The position numbers were made by a program, and so were the translations under genes. From an uncultured Planctomycetota bacterium (lineage in GTDB: Bacteria > Planctomycetota > PLA2 > JAEUHO01), in assembly GCA_963752285.1 (NCBI GenBank), contig CAVVXN010000005.1:1024001-1088000 (forward strand): 64,000 nt of DNA, in the 5' to 3' direction. The notes under the pieces are model-generated. The model saw only the letters and a list, made by a program, of their open reading frames with translations. It was not told where the DNA came from and ran no database searches. This document shows positions 28,787-39,222 of the stretch, piece by piece; positions within the stretch are counted from its first letter, which is position 1; the number at the start of each line of letters is the position of its first letter.

Positions 28787-31384
28787 ATGTCGCTGCAAGA
28801 ACGCGCCCGCGGTCCGATCGGCCGCAGGATCGTGTGGATCTTCCTCCTCTCGGCGCTGGTTCCCCTGCTCGCGTTCGCGTGGATCTCGCGCGCCCGCGTG
28901 GCGCATCAGATCGAGTGGGATACGGAGACCCGACTCGCGCAGGACCTGAAGGCGGCGGGCGTCACACTCGTCGAGCGACTACGCGTCGCCGCAGAGGAGC
29001 TCGAACGCCTCGCCGCGACGGCACCGCGTGGATCCGGCGTCGTCTCGCTGGCCCCCGCCCGGCGGTTCGCAGAGCTCCGCGTCGAGGCGCCCACGGGGGC
29101 GGCCCGACCGCAGGCCGCCGCGCGGCGGGGCGCGACCTCCACGCCGGTTCGCCTCGATCCGCGGCCGGGCGCGACCGGCTCCGCCGATCTCTGGCTCGTG
29201 ACGCCGATCCCCGCTCGGGAGGACTTCCTCGCCGCGCGCATCGACCCCGCGTTTCTCTTCGAGGACGCCGGCCTCGAGTGCCCGCCCGCGCGACTCTCGG
29301 TGCACCTCGAGAACGGCGAGCTGGTCCGCCGGATCGGCGAGGGATCGCCTCCGCCCTCCGTGCTGCGCTCGCAGGGTCTCGGGGAGCGGGTCACGGGAGC
29401 CCTCGCGTGGGACGACGGCGAAGGGGCCCGACGGGGCCGGTTCTGGGAGGTGTTCCTGCTCCCGCGCTTCGGGCAAAACCTCGTCGTGACGGTGCACCGC
29501 GCCGAGGCCGACGTGACGGCGCCCGTGCATGCGTTCGACCGCGACTTCCTCCGCATCGTCCTCCTCACCCTGGCCGCGGTTGGACTCCTCAGTCTCGTTC
29601 AGATCCGCCGCGTCCTGACGCCCGTGAAGGGGCTCGTCCAGGCCAGCGAACGGATCGCCGCGCAGCGCTTCGACGCCCGTGTACCGGTGCGGGGCTCGGA
29701 CGAGTTCGCCGTGCTCGGCCGCGCCTTCAACGCGATGGCGGCCGACCTCGAGCGGCGGACCACCGTGATGCACACCGTCAACGCCTTCGGCGCGAGCCTG
29801 TCGGTGGAGACCGACATGCAGGCGCTCGTCGGAAAGCTCATCCACGGCGCCGTATCGCTCTTCCACGTGGACGGGGTCCTCGTCCACCTCGTGGACGACG
29901 ACGGACGGCTCCGGGTGAGCCACCTCTGCATCGGCACCCGGGACCTGGAGACGACCGTCGAGCCCGGGTCGGACCTGGCTGTGTCGCTCGGGCTGGACGG
30001 CGCGACGCGCGGGACGGGCGCTCCCCGGAGGAGCGCTGCGTTCCCCAGCGTCGAGGAGACGACGATCGAGGTGGACGCGACGCTCCGAGCGCTCGCCCAT
30101 CGCCTCAAGTACACGCTGAAGGACTGGCTCGTGCTGCCGATGCGCGATCGCGACGGCGAGGTGGCCGGCGCCCTCACCCTCTTCAACCCCCGACGCGGGG
30201 GGGAGCGTCCCGGACGTTTCGACACGGACACCATGGACGTGGCGAGGTCGCTCGTGGCCCAGGCGACCGTCGCCATCAGCAACGCACGCCTTCGCGACGA
30301 GTTCAAGGGGCTGTTCGACGCGCTGATCCAGACGATCGCCGTGGCCGTGGACGAGCAGTCGCCCTACACGGGAGGACACTCCCGCCGCGTGCCGGAGATC
30401 GCGATGCAGCTCCTCGAGAAGGTCCATTCGAGCGACCTCCGCCCCTTCGCAGAGGTTTCCTTCTCCGAGAACCAGGTCTACGAGATGCGGGTCGCCGCGA
30501 TGCTCCACGACTGCGGCAAGGTCGTCACGCCGGTCCACGTCATCGACAAGTCCACGAAGCTCCAGACGATCTGCGACCGGATCCGCCTCTTGGAGCAACG
30601 CTTCGAGACCGCGGTGCGCGAGGCCGAGGCGCGCCGACTGCGTCGGGCCGCGGAGACGGCGGGCGTGGACCTCGCGCAGGCCGATCGGGAACTCGCCACG
30701 GACGTCCGGCGCATGCGGCAGGACCTGGCCTTCCTCCACGGCGTCAATCGCGGCGCCGAGCACATGAGCGACGCGGACGTCCTGCGCGTACTTTCCATCT
30801 CGAGCCGGTGGACCTGGCGGGGCCTCGACGGGGAGCTCCGCAGGTTCCTCGAGCCGAACGAGGAGGCGAACCTCTGCATACGGCGGGGGACGCTGACGGA
30901 CGAGGAGCGCGCGATCGTCAATCGCCACGTCGAGTCCACGATCCGGATGCTCCAGCAGCTCCCGTTCCCCGCTCGCCTCCGCGACGTCCCGAAGATCGCC
31001 GGGAGCCACCACGAGCGCGTGGACGGGCGTGGCTTCCCGTGCGGGCTTCGCGGCGACGAGATCCCGCTCCAGGGACGAATCCTCGCCGTGGCCGACGTGT
31101 TCGAGGCCCTGACGGCCCGCGACCGACCCTATCGGCCCGCGAAGCGTCTCTCGGAAGCCCTCGAGATCATGACCCAGATGGCCCGGACAGGACACCTCGA
31201 CGCGAACGTCTTCCGGGTGTTCCTCGACTCCGACATCTGGCGCCGCTACGCCGACGAGACGATCGACCCGGAGCAACGCGACGACGTGGACGTGGACGCG
31301 CTCCGGGCCGCGCTCGACACACAGGACGCCGGGACCCCGCTCGCCCGAACGCCCGCCCCCGCCGAGCGTCGCGGGCCCCCGTAG
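28787..31384 (+). CDS. Membrane HAMP-GAF-HD-GYP phosphodiesterase
   Basis: Two TMs flanking an extracytoplasmic region, HAMP (DEFAVLGRAFNAM), GAF, TGGHSRRV, LHDCGK, HHERVDGRGFP, ADVFEALT..RPY. Confidence 0.92.
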   Translation: MSLQERARGPIGRRIVWIFLLSALVPLLAFAWISRARVAHQIEWDTETRLAQDLKAAGVTLVERLRVAAEELERLAATAPRGSGVVSLAPARRFAELRVEAPTGAARPQAAARRGATSTPVRLDPRPGATGSADLWLVTPIPAREDFLAARIDPAFLFEDAGLECPPARLSVHLENGELVRRIGEGSPPPSVLRSQGLGERVTGALAWDDGEGARRGRFWEVFLLPRFGQNLVVTVHRAEADVTAPVHAFDRDFLRIVLLTLAAVGLLSLVQIRRVLTPVKGLVQASERIAAQRFDARVPVRGSDEFAVLGRAFNAMAADLERRTTVMHTVNAFGASLSVETDMQALVGKLIHGAVSLFHVDGVLVHLVDDDGRLRVSHLCIGTRDLETTVEPGSDLAVSLGLDGATRGTGAPRRSAAFPSVEETTIEVDATLRALAHRLKYTLKDWLVLPMRDRDGEVAGALTLFNPRRGGERPGRFDTDTMDVARSLVAQATVAISNARLRDEFKGLFDALIQTIAVAVDEQSPYTGGHSRRVPEIAMQLLEKVHSSDLRPFAEVSFSENQVYEMRVAAMLHDCGKVVTPVHVIDKSTKLQTICDRIRLLEQRFETAVREAEARRLRRAAETAGVDLAQADRELATDVRRMRQDLAFLHGVNRGAEHMSDADVLRVLSISSRWTWRGLDGELRRFLEPNEEANLCIRRGTLTDEERAIVNRHVESTIRMLQQLPFPARLRDVPKIAGSHHERVDGRGFPCGLRGDEIPLQGRILAVADVFEALTARDRPYRPAKRLSEALEIMTQMARTGHLDANVFRVFLDSDIWRRYADETIDPEQRDDVDVDALRAALDTQDAGTPLARTPAPAERRGPP

Positions 31385-31571
31385 GCCCTCGGGCGCGCGA
31401 CGGGTTCGAGGGTGGGGGTACGGGTGCGCGCGTCGTGAACGACGGGCGATCGGGCTCCCCCCGGCCAGGTCCGTCGCGCGCGTGCGCCGGGCCACCTGAC
31501 GGGACGTCGTCACGTCTCCTCGGCCCCGGGGTCCACGAGCCGGGCAGGCCGTACCGTTCCCGGACCATGGC

Positions 31572-32066
31572 ATGATGGGGCTCGGGGCTCTCGTGGGGTT
31601 CGGGCTCCCGCGCGGAGCCTCCGCGTGGGGACCCGGAGCGTCCTCACCACCGCTCCCGGGAGCCGAAGTGGCGCTCGTCGCGTACGTGCTCGTTCTGCTC
31701 GCCCTCGCCGCGGGGACCGTCTGGCTTGGACGACGCGCCCGGTCGTCGGGGCAGGCGGAGCGAGCCCCCGTTCGCACGAGCTCGGCGGCCGGGGCCGCCA
31801 TGGTCCTGGCCCTGGCCGGGGCGGTGGGCTGTGCCGCCGAGGTCGTGTCGGACGTGATGCGGGACTCCTCCCAGTCCGCCGACGGGTCGTGGGGCGTGCT
31901 CCCGGGATACGAGCCCGTGGTCGTCATCGCGGCGGGCGCCACCGCGCTCGGGCTGTTCACCTTCGGTCGGCTCTCCCTCGACCCGCGTTCGGCGCGCGGA
32001 CGCTGGCTGGCGCTCGCGGCCGCGGCGATCGGCGCCGCGTCCCTCTTCCTCGTGTGGCGCGCCTAG
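31572..32066 (+). CDS. Hypothetical membrane protein
   Basis: Four hydrophobic segments. Confidence 0.6.
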   Translation: MMGLGALVGFGLPRGASAWGPGASSPPLPGAEVALVAYVLVLLALAAGTVWLGRRARSSGQAERAPVRTSSAAGAAMVLALAGAVGCAAEVVSDVMRDSSQSADGSWGVLPGYEPVVVIAAGATALGLFTFGRLSLDPRSARGRWLALAAAAIGAASLFLVWRA

Positions 32067-32170
32067 CGCCCCGGTGTCCGAGGACACCGGTCACGCCGGC
32101 CACGTGGGGGTGCGGCGGGCGTCCGGACGGACGTCCCGCGACCGCGAGACGGGTCCGTTGACGGGGGACG

Positions 32171-32536
32171 TCACGCGCCCGGCGGCGGGCCAGGGGACTC
32201 TTCGACGGCCGTTCGCGCCCGAGCGGCGTCGGCGGCGGCACCCTCGCCGGCCCGTTCCGCGCGGCGCTCGCGCCACGAACCCATCGTCCGCCAGAGGCGC
32301 TGCCACCGGCCGAGGAGGCCGGGCATCGTGCGGCGCGTGAACATCACGAAGCCCACCGCACCGACCAACAGGCACATCGACACGACGAGGACCCCGTCCA
32401 CGGCCTCGCGCGGGACGCCGTGCGCCTCGAGCACGTTCCCGAGGACGCCCAGCAGGACACAGGCCAGGACGACCGGCACCGCGAACGCACAGGCGTGGCC
32501 GTATCGCCGCTTGAGGAACGAGGAGAAGCGCTCCAT
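32171..32536 (-). CDS. Hypothetical 2-TM membrane protein
   Basis: MERFSSFLKRRYG... followed by two hydrophobic helices. Confidence 0.55.
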   Translation of the reverse strand: MERFSSFLKRRYGHACAFAVPVVLACVLLGVLGNVLEAHGVPREAVDGVLVVSMCLLVGAVGFVMFTRRTMPGLLGRWQRLWRTMGSWRERRAERAGEGAAADAARARTAVEESPGPPPGA

Positions 32537-32892
32537 CGGGGAGCCCTTGTAGCCCCGCCCCGCGAACCGGGCCAGGCCGAGCCGCGGGCGCGCGTCCCCT
32601 CGGCTGGGGCGCGCCGGCAGGGCGGTGCAGCAGCCCCTGGTTCCGAGGCGCGACTCCTGTCGCCCCGGTCGCACGACCTGCGAGCCCCGTCTCGGGGACG
32701 TCGCTCCCACGCGCCCCGCTTCTCGCGCGGCCGCCGCGCCGGTCGCCACGTGGCCCGTGCGCAGCTCCGCCCGACCCTCCTCGGGCTCGGCCTCGTCCAC
32801 GCCGGGCTCGACCGTGCGCGACGCGACCGGTGGTGTCGCCGCTCGGCGCGGTGACCGAGGTCCGAGTGCGGGACCCGGACTCCCGCCCGCCG

Positions 32893-35544
32893 TCAGCCCA
32901 GCGCCTTCCGCACGCGGTCGAGGAGCGCGCGGGAGGTGAACGGCTTCTGGAGCAGGAGGATCTTCGCGGCGAGGACGCCCTTGTGCGAGATGACGTCGTC
33001 CGTGTAGCCCGACATGTAGAGCACGGAGAGCCCGGGGCGCTCCGCGGTGAGCGTCGTAGCCAGGTCCCGGCCGTTCATGCCGGGCATCACGACGTCCGTG
33101 ACGAGGAGGTCGATGCGCTCGGGACGACCGCGGCTGATCTGGAGCGCGTCCTGGGGTCCCGACGCGGAGAGCACCTCGTAGCCCTGGTCCACGAGGATCT
33201 CCCGTGCGAGCTCCCGAAGCGACGCCTCGTCTTCGACGAGCAGGATCACCTCGGATCCGCGCCCGGCCGGCGACGTGGGGGGCGCCGCGGCGGGCTCGGC
33301 GATCTCGTCCACCCGCGGGAGGTACACCTTGAACGTCGTGCCCTGCCCGACCTCGCTGTAGACCCAGACGAAGCCGCCCGCCTGTTTCACGATGCCGTAG
33401 ACGATCGCGAGACCGAGCCCGGTGCCCCGACCGGGCTCCTTCGTGGTGAAGAAGGGCTCGAAGATGCGCGCCATCGTCTCGTCGTCGATGCCCGAGCCCG
33501 TGTCGCTCACGGCCATCATCACGTACCGGCCGGGCTCCATCGGGGTGTGTTGCGCGGCGGCGTGCTCGTCGATCTCCGCGTTCGCGGTCTCGATGCGCAA
33601 GAGGCCGCCGCCCGGCATGGCGTCCCGGGCGTTGACGCAGAGGTTCATCACGACCTGTTGGACCTGGCCCGGGTCCGCCTTGACCTGGCCCAGGTCGCTT
33701 CCGGGGACCAGCCCGAGATCGACGTCCTCGCCGAGCAGACGCCGGAGCATCTCCTCCACGTCCTGGAGCACCAGGTTCAGGTCCAGCACCTTCGGCTCGA
33801 TGGCCTGCTTCCGGCTCACGGCGAGGAGCTGGCGCGTGAGGTTCGCCCCGCGCTGCGCGGCCCGGTGGACCTGCTCGAGCTTGCGGCGGTCTCCCGCGCT
33901 CGACTCGCGCATGAGGATCTCGGTGTAGCCGAGGATCACGCCGAGCAGGTTGTTGAAGTCGTGCGCGACCCCTCCGGCGAGGCGGCCGACGGCCTCCAGC
34001 TTCTGCGACTGGAACAGCCGCTCCTCGAGGCGCGTCTCGTGGGTGACGTCGCGCTTCACCGCCACGTAGTTCACCACGCGCCCGGCCGCGTCGCGAACGG
34101 GCGAGATCGTCGCGACCTCCTCGACGAGCGCGCCGTCCTTCCTCCGATTCGTGATGCGCCCCCGCCAGACCTCGCCGCGAGCGAGGGCGGCCCACATCCG
34201 CCCGTAGAAGGCGGGATCCTGGCGCCCGCTCTTCAGGATGCGCGGGTTCTGCCCCAGCGCCTCCTCGCGGCTGTACCCGGTCGAGCTCTCGAACGCCGGG
34301 TTCACGTAGACGATCGTGCCCTCGGCGTCGGTGATGACGATCGCCTCGGCCGACTGCTCGACGGCCGTGGACAGCCGGGCCAGCGACGCCTGCGCGCCCT
34401 TCCGGGCGCTGACGTCACGGATGTTGAACTGGACGACGCGCCCCTGACTCGACTCGTACACGTTGCTGACGAGCTCGACGTCCACGGTGCGGCCGTCGGT
34501 CGCACGGAGGGCCAGCTCCGCGTGCCGCAGATCCGGGCGGTCCCGGATCTCCGCGAACCGGGCCTCGTCGCCCAGGAGCGCGTCCAGGAACCCGAGCGTC
34601 CAGATCGGCCTTCCCTGGAGCGCGTCGAGCGTGGTCCCGACGAGCTCGAGCAGGGACGGGTTCGCGTCCAGGACGCGCCCGGTGTCGGCGTCGAGGAGGA
34701 GGACGCCGTCCTTCGCCGACTCGAAGAGGCGACGGTAGCGGGCCTCGGACTCCAGGCGCCTCGCCTCGGCACGCGAGCGCTCGCTGATGTCCATGTACGC
34801 GCCGAGAATTCCCGTGACGCGGCCCTCGGCGTCGTGGAGCGGCACCTTGCTCGTGAGGAGCGTGATCGTGGTTCCGTCCGGGGTCGTCTGGAGCTCCTCG
34901 ATCAGGAGCTTGGCGCGGTCTTCCTCCATGACCTCCCGGTCGTCGGCCCGGTACAGCTCCGCCTGGTCCCGCCACGCCAATTGGAAGTCGTCGCTCCCCA
35001 CCACGTCCCTCGCAGCGGGGAGCCCGGCGTCGTGCGCGAAGAGGGCGTTGCACCCGAGGTAGCGAAGGTCCAGGTCCTTCCAGAAGATCCGGACGGGCAC
35101 GGCGTCGAGGATCCCCTCGAGAACCTGCTCGGAGGTGCGGTGCCGCCGCCCCGCGGCGACGTCCGGGGGCAGCACGTCCCGCCCGTCGCCGGTGCGCGTC
35201 AAGAGGAGGGCCGCGAGCAGGAAGACCACGAGCCGCCCCACCGCCTCGAGCGAGCTCGCGTGCGGCCCGCCCGCGAGGTACGACGAGACCGCCGCGAGCC
35301 CGGCGATGGGCGCGGCGACTCGGACGCCCGCCTGCCGGGCCGCGAGGGAGACAGGGACCAGGTAGAGCAGCGCGAAGAGGCCGGGGGCGGCGATCAGACG
35401 GTCGCCGGTCCCGACGAGGGCCAGCAGCCCGAGCGCGACGGCGAGCGCCGATCCCGACGACCACCGGCCGGAATCGTCCGTCGAGGTGCCGGGACGCGCC
35501 CCCACTCCCGGCTCCGTCCCACGCGACCGCACGCCGATGCCCAT
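32893..35544 (-). CDS. Hybrid sensor histidine kinase/response regulator with membrane region and three PAS domains
   Basis: H-box AGGVAHDFNNLL, NLCVNARDAM, DTGSG, EPFFTTK, GTGLGL; receiver ILLVEDE...TDVVMP...KPF. Start approximate. Confidence 0.93.
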   Translation of the reverse strand: MGIGVRSRGTEPGVGARPGTSTDDSGRWSSGSALAVALGLLALVGTGDRLIAAPGLFALLYLVPVSLAARQAGVRVAAPIAGLAAVSSYLAGGPHASSLEAVGRLVVFLLAALLLTRTGDGRDVLPPDVAAGRRHRTSEQVLEGILDAVPVRIFWKDLDLRYLGCNALFAHDAGLPAARDVVGSDDFQLAWRDQAELYRADDREVMEEDRAKLLIEELQTTPDGTTITLLTSKVPLHDAEGRVTGILGAYMDISERSRAEARRLESEARYRRLFESAKDGVLLLDADTGRVLDANPSLLELVGTTLDALQGRPIWTLGFLDALLGDEARFAEIRDRPDLRHAELALRATDGRTVDVELVSNVYESSQGRVVQFNIRDVSARKGAQASLARLSTAVEQSAEAIVITDAEGTIVYVNPAFESSTGYSREEALGQNPRILKSGRQDPAFYGRMWAALARGEVWRGRITNRRKDGALVEEVATISPVRDAAGRVVNYVAVKRDVTHETRLEERLFQSQKLEAVGRLAGGVAHDFNNLLGVILGYTEILMRESSAGDRRKLEQVHRAAQRGANLTRQLLAVSRKQAIEPKVLDLNLVLQDVEEMLRRLLGEDVDLGLVPGSDLGQVKADPGQVQQVVMNLCVNARDAMPGGGLLRIETANAEIDEHAAAQHTPMEPGRYVMMAVSDTGSGIDDETMARIFEPFFTTKEPGRGTGLGLAIVYGIVKQAGGFVWVYSEVGQGTTFKVYLPRVDEIAEPAAAPPTSPAGRGSEVILLVEDEASLRELAREILVDQGYEVLSASGPQDALQISRGRPERIDLLVTDVVMPGMNGRDLATTLTAERPGLSVLYMSGYTDDVISHKGVLAAKILLLQKPFTSRALLDRVRKALG

Positions 35545-35776
35545 CGGACTCGACTCTCCCAGGCCCCGCCGGAGCGTCCGCGACCGCTCGTCCGGCTGCA
35601 CCTTCGGCGTCCGTATGGCCCCCCCACTGTCGGTATTCGGGGCGCTTCGACGTGAGGGCCAAGATGGAACCGCCCCGGAACGGCGCGAGGGGCGCCTCGC
35701 GACCCGGACGCGCGGCGCGCGGTCCGCGCCGAGGCCCGAGTCCCGCCCCCGTCGCGGGCTGGCGGGGCGGGCTTCC

Positions 35777-36793
35777 TCAGCGCTGGAGGAGGCCGGCCAC
35801 GCCGGTCGCGTCGAGCAGCGCGTAGATCAGGCCGCCGACGACGGCCGTGCACGGGATCGTCAGGACCCACGCCCAGACGATCCGGGTCGCGACGCCCCAC
35901 CGTACGGCCTTCACGCGCTTCACGGCGCCGACGCCCATGATGGCCCCCGTGATCGAGTGCGTCGTGCTGACGGGGATGCCCGCGAGCGTCGTGCCGAGGA
36001 GCACCAACGCCCCGGAGCTCTCGGCGCAGAAGCCCTGCACCGGTCTCAGCTTCGTCAGCTTCACGCCGATCGTCCGGATCACGCGGCGCCCGCCGCTGAG
36101 CGTCCCCAGCGCGATCGCGGCGCAGGACGCCAGGATCACCCACGTCTTCACGTGGTCGTCGTACTGGTAGGCAGGGAACACCGCCGCCAGCGTCATCGTG
36201 ATGATGGCCATGGTCTTCTGGGCGTCGTTCCCCCCGTGGCCGAGACTGAACCCGGCCGACGAGAGGAGCTGTCCCCAGCGAAAGACGCGGTCCACGCGTC
36301 CGGGCGTCCAGCGGCGGAACACCCAGTACGTGGCGATCATGAACAGCCCGCCGACCGCCATGCCGATCAGCGGCGCCACGAAGATGAAGATCACGATGCT
36401 CCGGATCTTCGTGGCGTTCAGCACGGAGACGTCGAATCCGGTCTTGGCGAGGGCCGCGCCGATCATCGCGCCGATGAGCGCGTGGGAGACGCTGATCGGG
36501 AGCCCCCACCTCGTGCAGTGGTGCGTCCAGAGGATCGCCCCCAGGAGCAGCGACACGACCAGGGCTTCCGAGTTCACGTCCTTCGCGACCACGCCGAAGA
36601 TGGTCTTGGCGACGGCGGTCCCGAGCACGAAGGCGGCGACGAAGTTCCAGAACGCCGCCCAGGCGACCGCCTGCCGGAGCGTGAGGACGCGCGTGGACAC
36701 GATCGTGGCGATCGAGTTCGCGGCGTCGTTCATGCCGTTGTAGAAGTCGAAGACCAGCGCGAGGGCGATGATCCCGACGGCGACGATGAGCAT
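35777..36793 (-). CDS. pit: Inorganic phosphate transporter (PiT family)
   Basis: NGMNDAANSIAT, GLPISVSHALIG, HGGNDAQK, GIPVSTTH. Confidence 0.95.
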   Translation of the reverse strand: MLIVAVGIIALALVFDFYNGMNDAANSIATIVSTRVLTLRQAVAWAAFWNFVAAFVLGTAVAKTIFGVVAKDVNSEALVVSLLLGAILWTHHCTRWGLPISVSHALIGAMIGAALAKTGFDVSVLNATKIRSIVIFIFVAPLIGMAVGGLFMIATYWVFRRWTPGRVDRVFRWGQLLSSAGFSLGHGGNDAQKTMAIITMTLAAVFPAYQYDDHVKTWVILASCAAIALGTLSGGRRVIRTIGVKLTKLRPVQGFCAESSGALVLLGTTLAGIPVSTTHSITGAIMGVGAVKRVKAVRWGVATRIVWAWVLTIPCTAVVGGLIYALLDATGVAGLLQR

Positions 36794-36805
36794 CGAGCGC
36801 CCGCC

Positions 36806-37432
36806 CTACGCGTACTCGAGGATCACGTTCTCGAACAGGTCGGCGAGGTCTTCGCAGCGGTCGGTCGCGTCCTCCAGGGCCTCGACGATCTCCTTCCACT
36901 TGAGGACGTCCTTCGCATCGTCCACCTCGCGAAACAGCGCGCCCATCGACCGCCTGAGGATGCCGTCGGCCTCGTTCTCGAGCGTCTGGATCCGGACGAG
37001 GATCGCCCGGAGCTCGTCGGCTCGCCGCATGTCCGAGAGCAGGCCGACGGCGGCGCGCACCTCGGCCACCTGGCGCTCGAGGACGGCGGTCATGGCGAGG
37101 ATGTCCGGCCGTGGCTCGGGCAGCGCGTACACCGAGTAGCGCTGGGCGGCCGCGTCCACCAGGTCCACGACGTCGTCCATCCGCTTGAAGATCCGGTTGA
37201 TCTCGTTGCGGTCGAGGGGGGTCACGAACGACTGGTGGAGGAGTGAGATGGTCTCGTGCGCGATCCGGTCGGCCTGACTCTCGATCTCGGAGACCCGCGC
37301 GGCGTGCGCCTCGGCGTGCTCGACGTCGCCCAGGAGCACCCGGAACGCCGCCACGATCTCGACGGCCTTGTCGGCCGCCTCCGCCATGCGCTCGAAGAAC
37401 ACGTTCTTGCGGGGAAGCAGGCGCCGGAACAC
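36806..37432 (-). CDS. DUF47/PhoU-like phosphate transport regulator
   Basis: IESQADRI, FVTPLDR, LENEAD, LEDATDRCED; directly upstream of pit. Confidence 0.92.
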   Translation of the reverse strand: MFRRLLPRKNVFFERMAEAADKAVEIVAAFRVLLGDVEHAEAHAARVSEIESQADRIAHETISLLHQSFVTPLDRNEINRIFKRMDDVVDLVDAAAQRYSVYALPEPRPDILAMTAVLERQVAEVRAAVGLLSDMRRADELRAILVRIQTLENEADGILRRSMGALFREVDDAKDVLKWKEIVEALEDATDRCEDLADLFENVILEYA

Positions 37433-37534
37433 TCGGACCTCCCGAGGACGCGGGCAGCCCGCGGACGCCCGGCGCCTCGCGACCCTCCCGACCCGGGCCG
37501 CATACCTAGTCGATCCGGGCGTCCCGGGCCAGCA

Positions 37535-38500
37535 ATGGCCGGCGTCGGTCGGCCGCCAGGGCGGATCGAGGGGACGGCCGCGGCCCGAGAAGGTCCCGCC
37601 CGGGCCGCGAGCGGTCACGGGACGGTCTCCGGCGCGGGGCGCGCGGCCCCTCGTGCCGGTACGCTGCGCCCCGACCCGGCCGGGTACCTCCGCCCGCGGG
37701 CGCGACCGACCCGCCGGGGGGCAAGAGCCAACGGGGGAACCCTGCGCCTCCTCTTCGTCCCCGCGGCTGCGTTCCTCCTCTCCGCATGCGGGAGCGGCCA
37801 GGGATCGGGGTGCCCGGAGCGCCTGCGGACGACCGTCGAGACCCGGGACTCGGGGAACGACGGCAGCGCCGACGCCCGGTGGACGACGACCTGGCGCTAC
37901 GACGCGGACGGCCGTCTCGTCGGGGACGACGAGACGCGGGAGGACGCGTCGGGGCCGGGCGCGTTCGTCCCCGCCGGCTCGACGAAGACGACCTGGATGT
38001 ACGACGACGCGGGCCGCGCCGCGTCGGCCGAGGTCGAGTACGACGACGCCCAGGGACCCGCGCGCCGCGTCACCCGGACGTACGCGTACGACGCGCTCGG
38101 TCGGCTGGCGCGGGTCACGGAGGAGGCGGACCTCGCGCCCTTCGACGGGAAGCCGGACCTCCGGGGAGCGGCGAGCTGCCAGTACGACCTCCTCGGCCGT
38201 CTCGAGACCGTGGTCTTCGAGGTGGACACCGATCTCGACGGCGCGACCGACGGCACCCGCACCGATCGCTACGAGTACGAGGGCGCGTCGCGCCTCCACC
38301 TCAGACGGGCGGTCACCGCAGACGACTACGAGCCGCTCGTTCCCGACGCCCTGCCCGCCGTGTACCGCGCGACGGCCACGCCCCACTACGCGCCGGACGG
38401 CGTGCGAATCGGCCAGACCACCGAGATCGACGTGGACGGGGACGGCCGGACCGACATCGCCCTCGAGGCGGTGGATGTCTACGCGCCGGTCTGTCCGTAG
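37535..38500 (+). CDS. YD-repeat-containing lipoprotein
   Basis: LLSAC lipobox; YDADGRL, YDDAGRA, YDALGRL, YDLLGRL; DxDxDG loops. Start uncertain. Confidence 0.65.
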   Translation: MAGVGRPPGRIEGTAAAREGPARAASGHGTVSGAGRAAPRAGTLRPDPAGYLRPRARPTRRGARANGGTLRLLFVPAAAFLLSACGSGQGSGCPERLRTTVETRDSGNDGSADARWTTTWRYDADGRLVGDDETREDASGPGAFVPAGSTKTTWMYDDAGRAASAEVEYDDAQGPARRVTRTYAYDALGRLARVTEEADLAPFDGKPDLRGAASCQYDLLGRLETVVFEVDTDLDGATDGTRTDRYEYEGASRLHLRRAVTADDYEPLVPDALPAVYRATATPHYAPDGVRIGQTTEIDVDGDGRTDIALEAVDVYAPVCP

Positions 38501-39222
38501 CCCGATTGCGGGGTCGGCTCGGACGTTTTCCAGACGCGCGACGCGCGGTCCACGGCCGCCTCGACCACGGCCACCACCTCGTCGGGGCGTTCGAGGGGCA
38601 CGTAGTGGCCCGCGCCCGCGACCCGGTGGAAGGTCGCGTGCGGAAACGGCGCGGCGACCGACGTCCGGTCGTGCTCGCCGCTCACGACGAACACGGGCAG
38701 GTCGAGGTCGCGTGCGAGGTCGGTCCGGTCGGGTCGGCCGTGGAACACACGGACCCCGCGCACGATCGGCTCGACGCCGAGCGCGCGCGCCAGGTGCCGC
38801 GCGCGCGCCACCACGGCGGGGTCCGCACTCGGCGCGAAGAGCGGCGCCCAATAGCGCGCCCACGCGGCGTCGATCCCCTCCGACTCGAGCACCCGCACGG
38901 CCTCGTCGCGGAACCGCGGCTCGGGTCGGTGACCGGGCTTCGTGCCGATCAGGACCATCGACGCGACGCGGTCGGGCGCGAGACGCGCGACCTCGAGCGC
39001 GGTGGAGCCCCCGACGGAACATCCCACGACGACGAGCGATCCGTCGCCCGCGCAAGCGAGCGCGCCCCGGGCCCACGCTTCGATCGATCCGCCGAAGCCG
39101 TAGAGGGTTGGCGCGACCACGGCGCGGCCGGGCCTCCAGAGCGCCCGAGGCCACACGCTCGCGTCGAGCGGCAGCGGGTGCAGCAAGAGGAGGGTCGGCG
39201 GGCGGTGGCCCCGGGCGTTCAC
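38479..39222 (-). CDS. Alpha/beta hydrolase
   Basis: LLLHPLPLDASVW, GCSVGG, VSGEHD, AGHYVPLE. Confidence 0.88.
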   Translation of the reverse strand: MNARGHRPPTLLLLHPLPLDASVWPRALWRPGRAVVAPTLYGFGGSIEAWARGALACAGDGSLVVVGCSVGGSTALEVARLAPDRVASMVLIGTKPGHRPEPRFRDEAVRVLESEGIDAAWARYWAPLFAPSADPAVVARARHLARALGVEPIVRGVRVFHGRPDRTDLARDLDLPVFVVSGEHDRTSVAAPFPHATFHRVAGAGHYVPLERPDEVVAVVEAAVDRASRVWKTSEPTPQSGYGQTGA

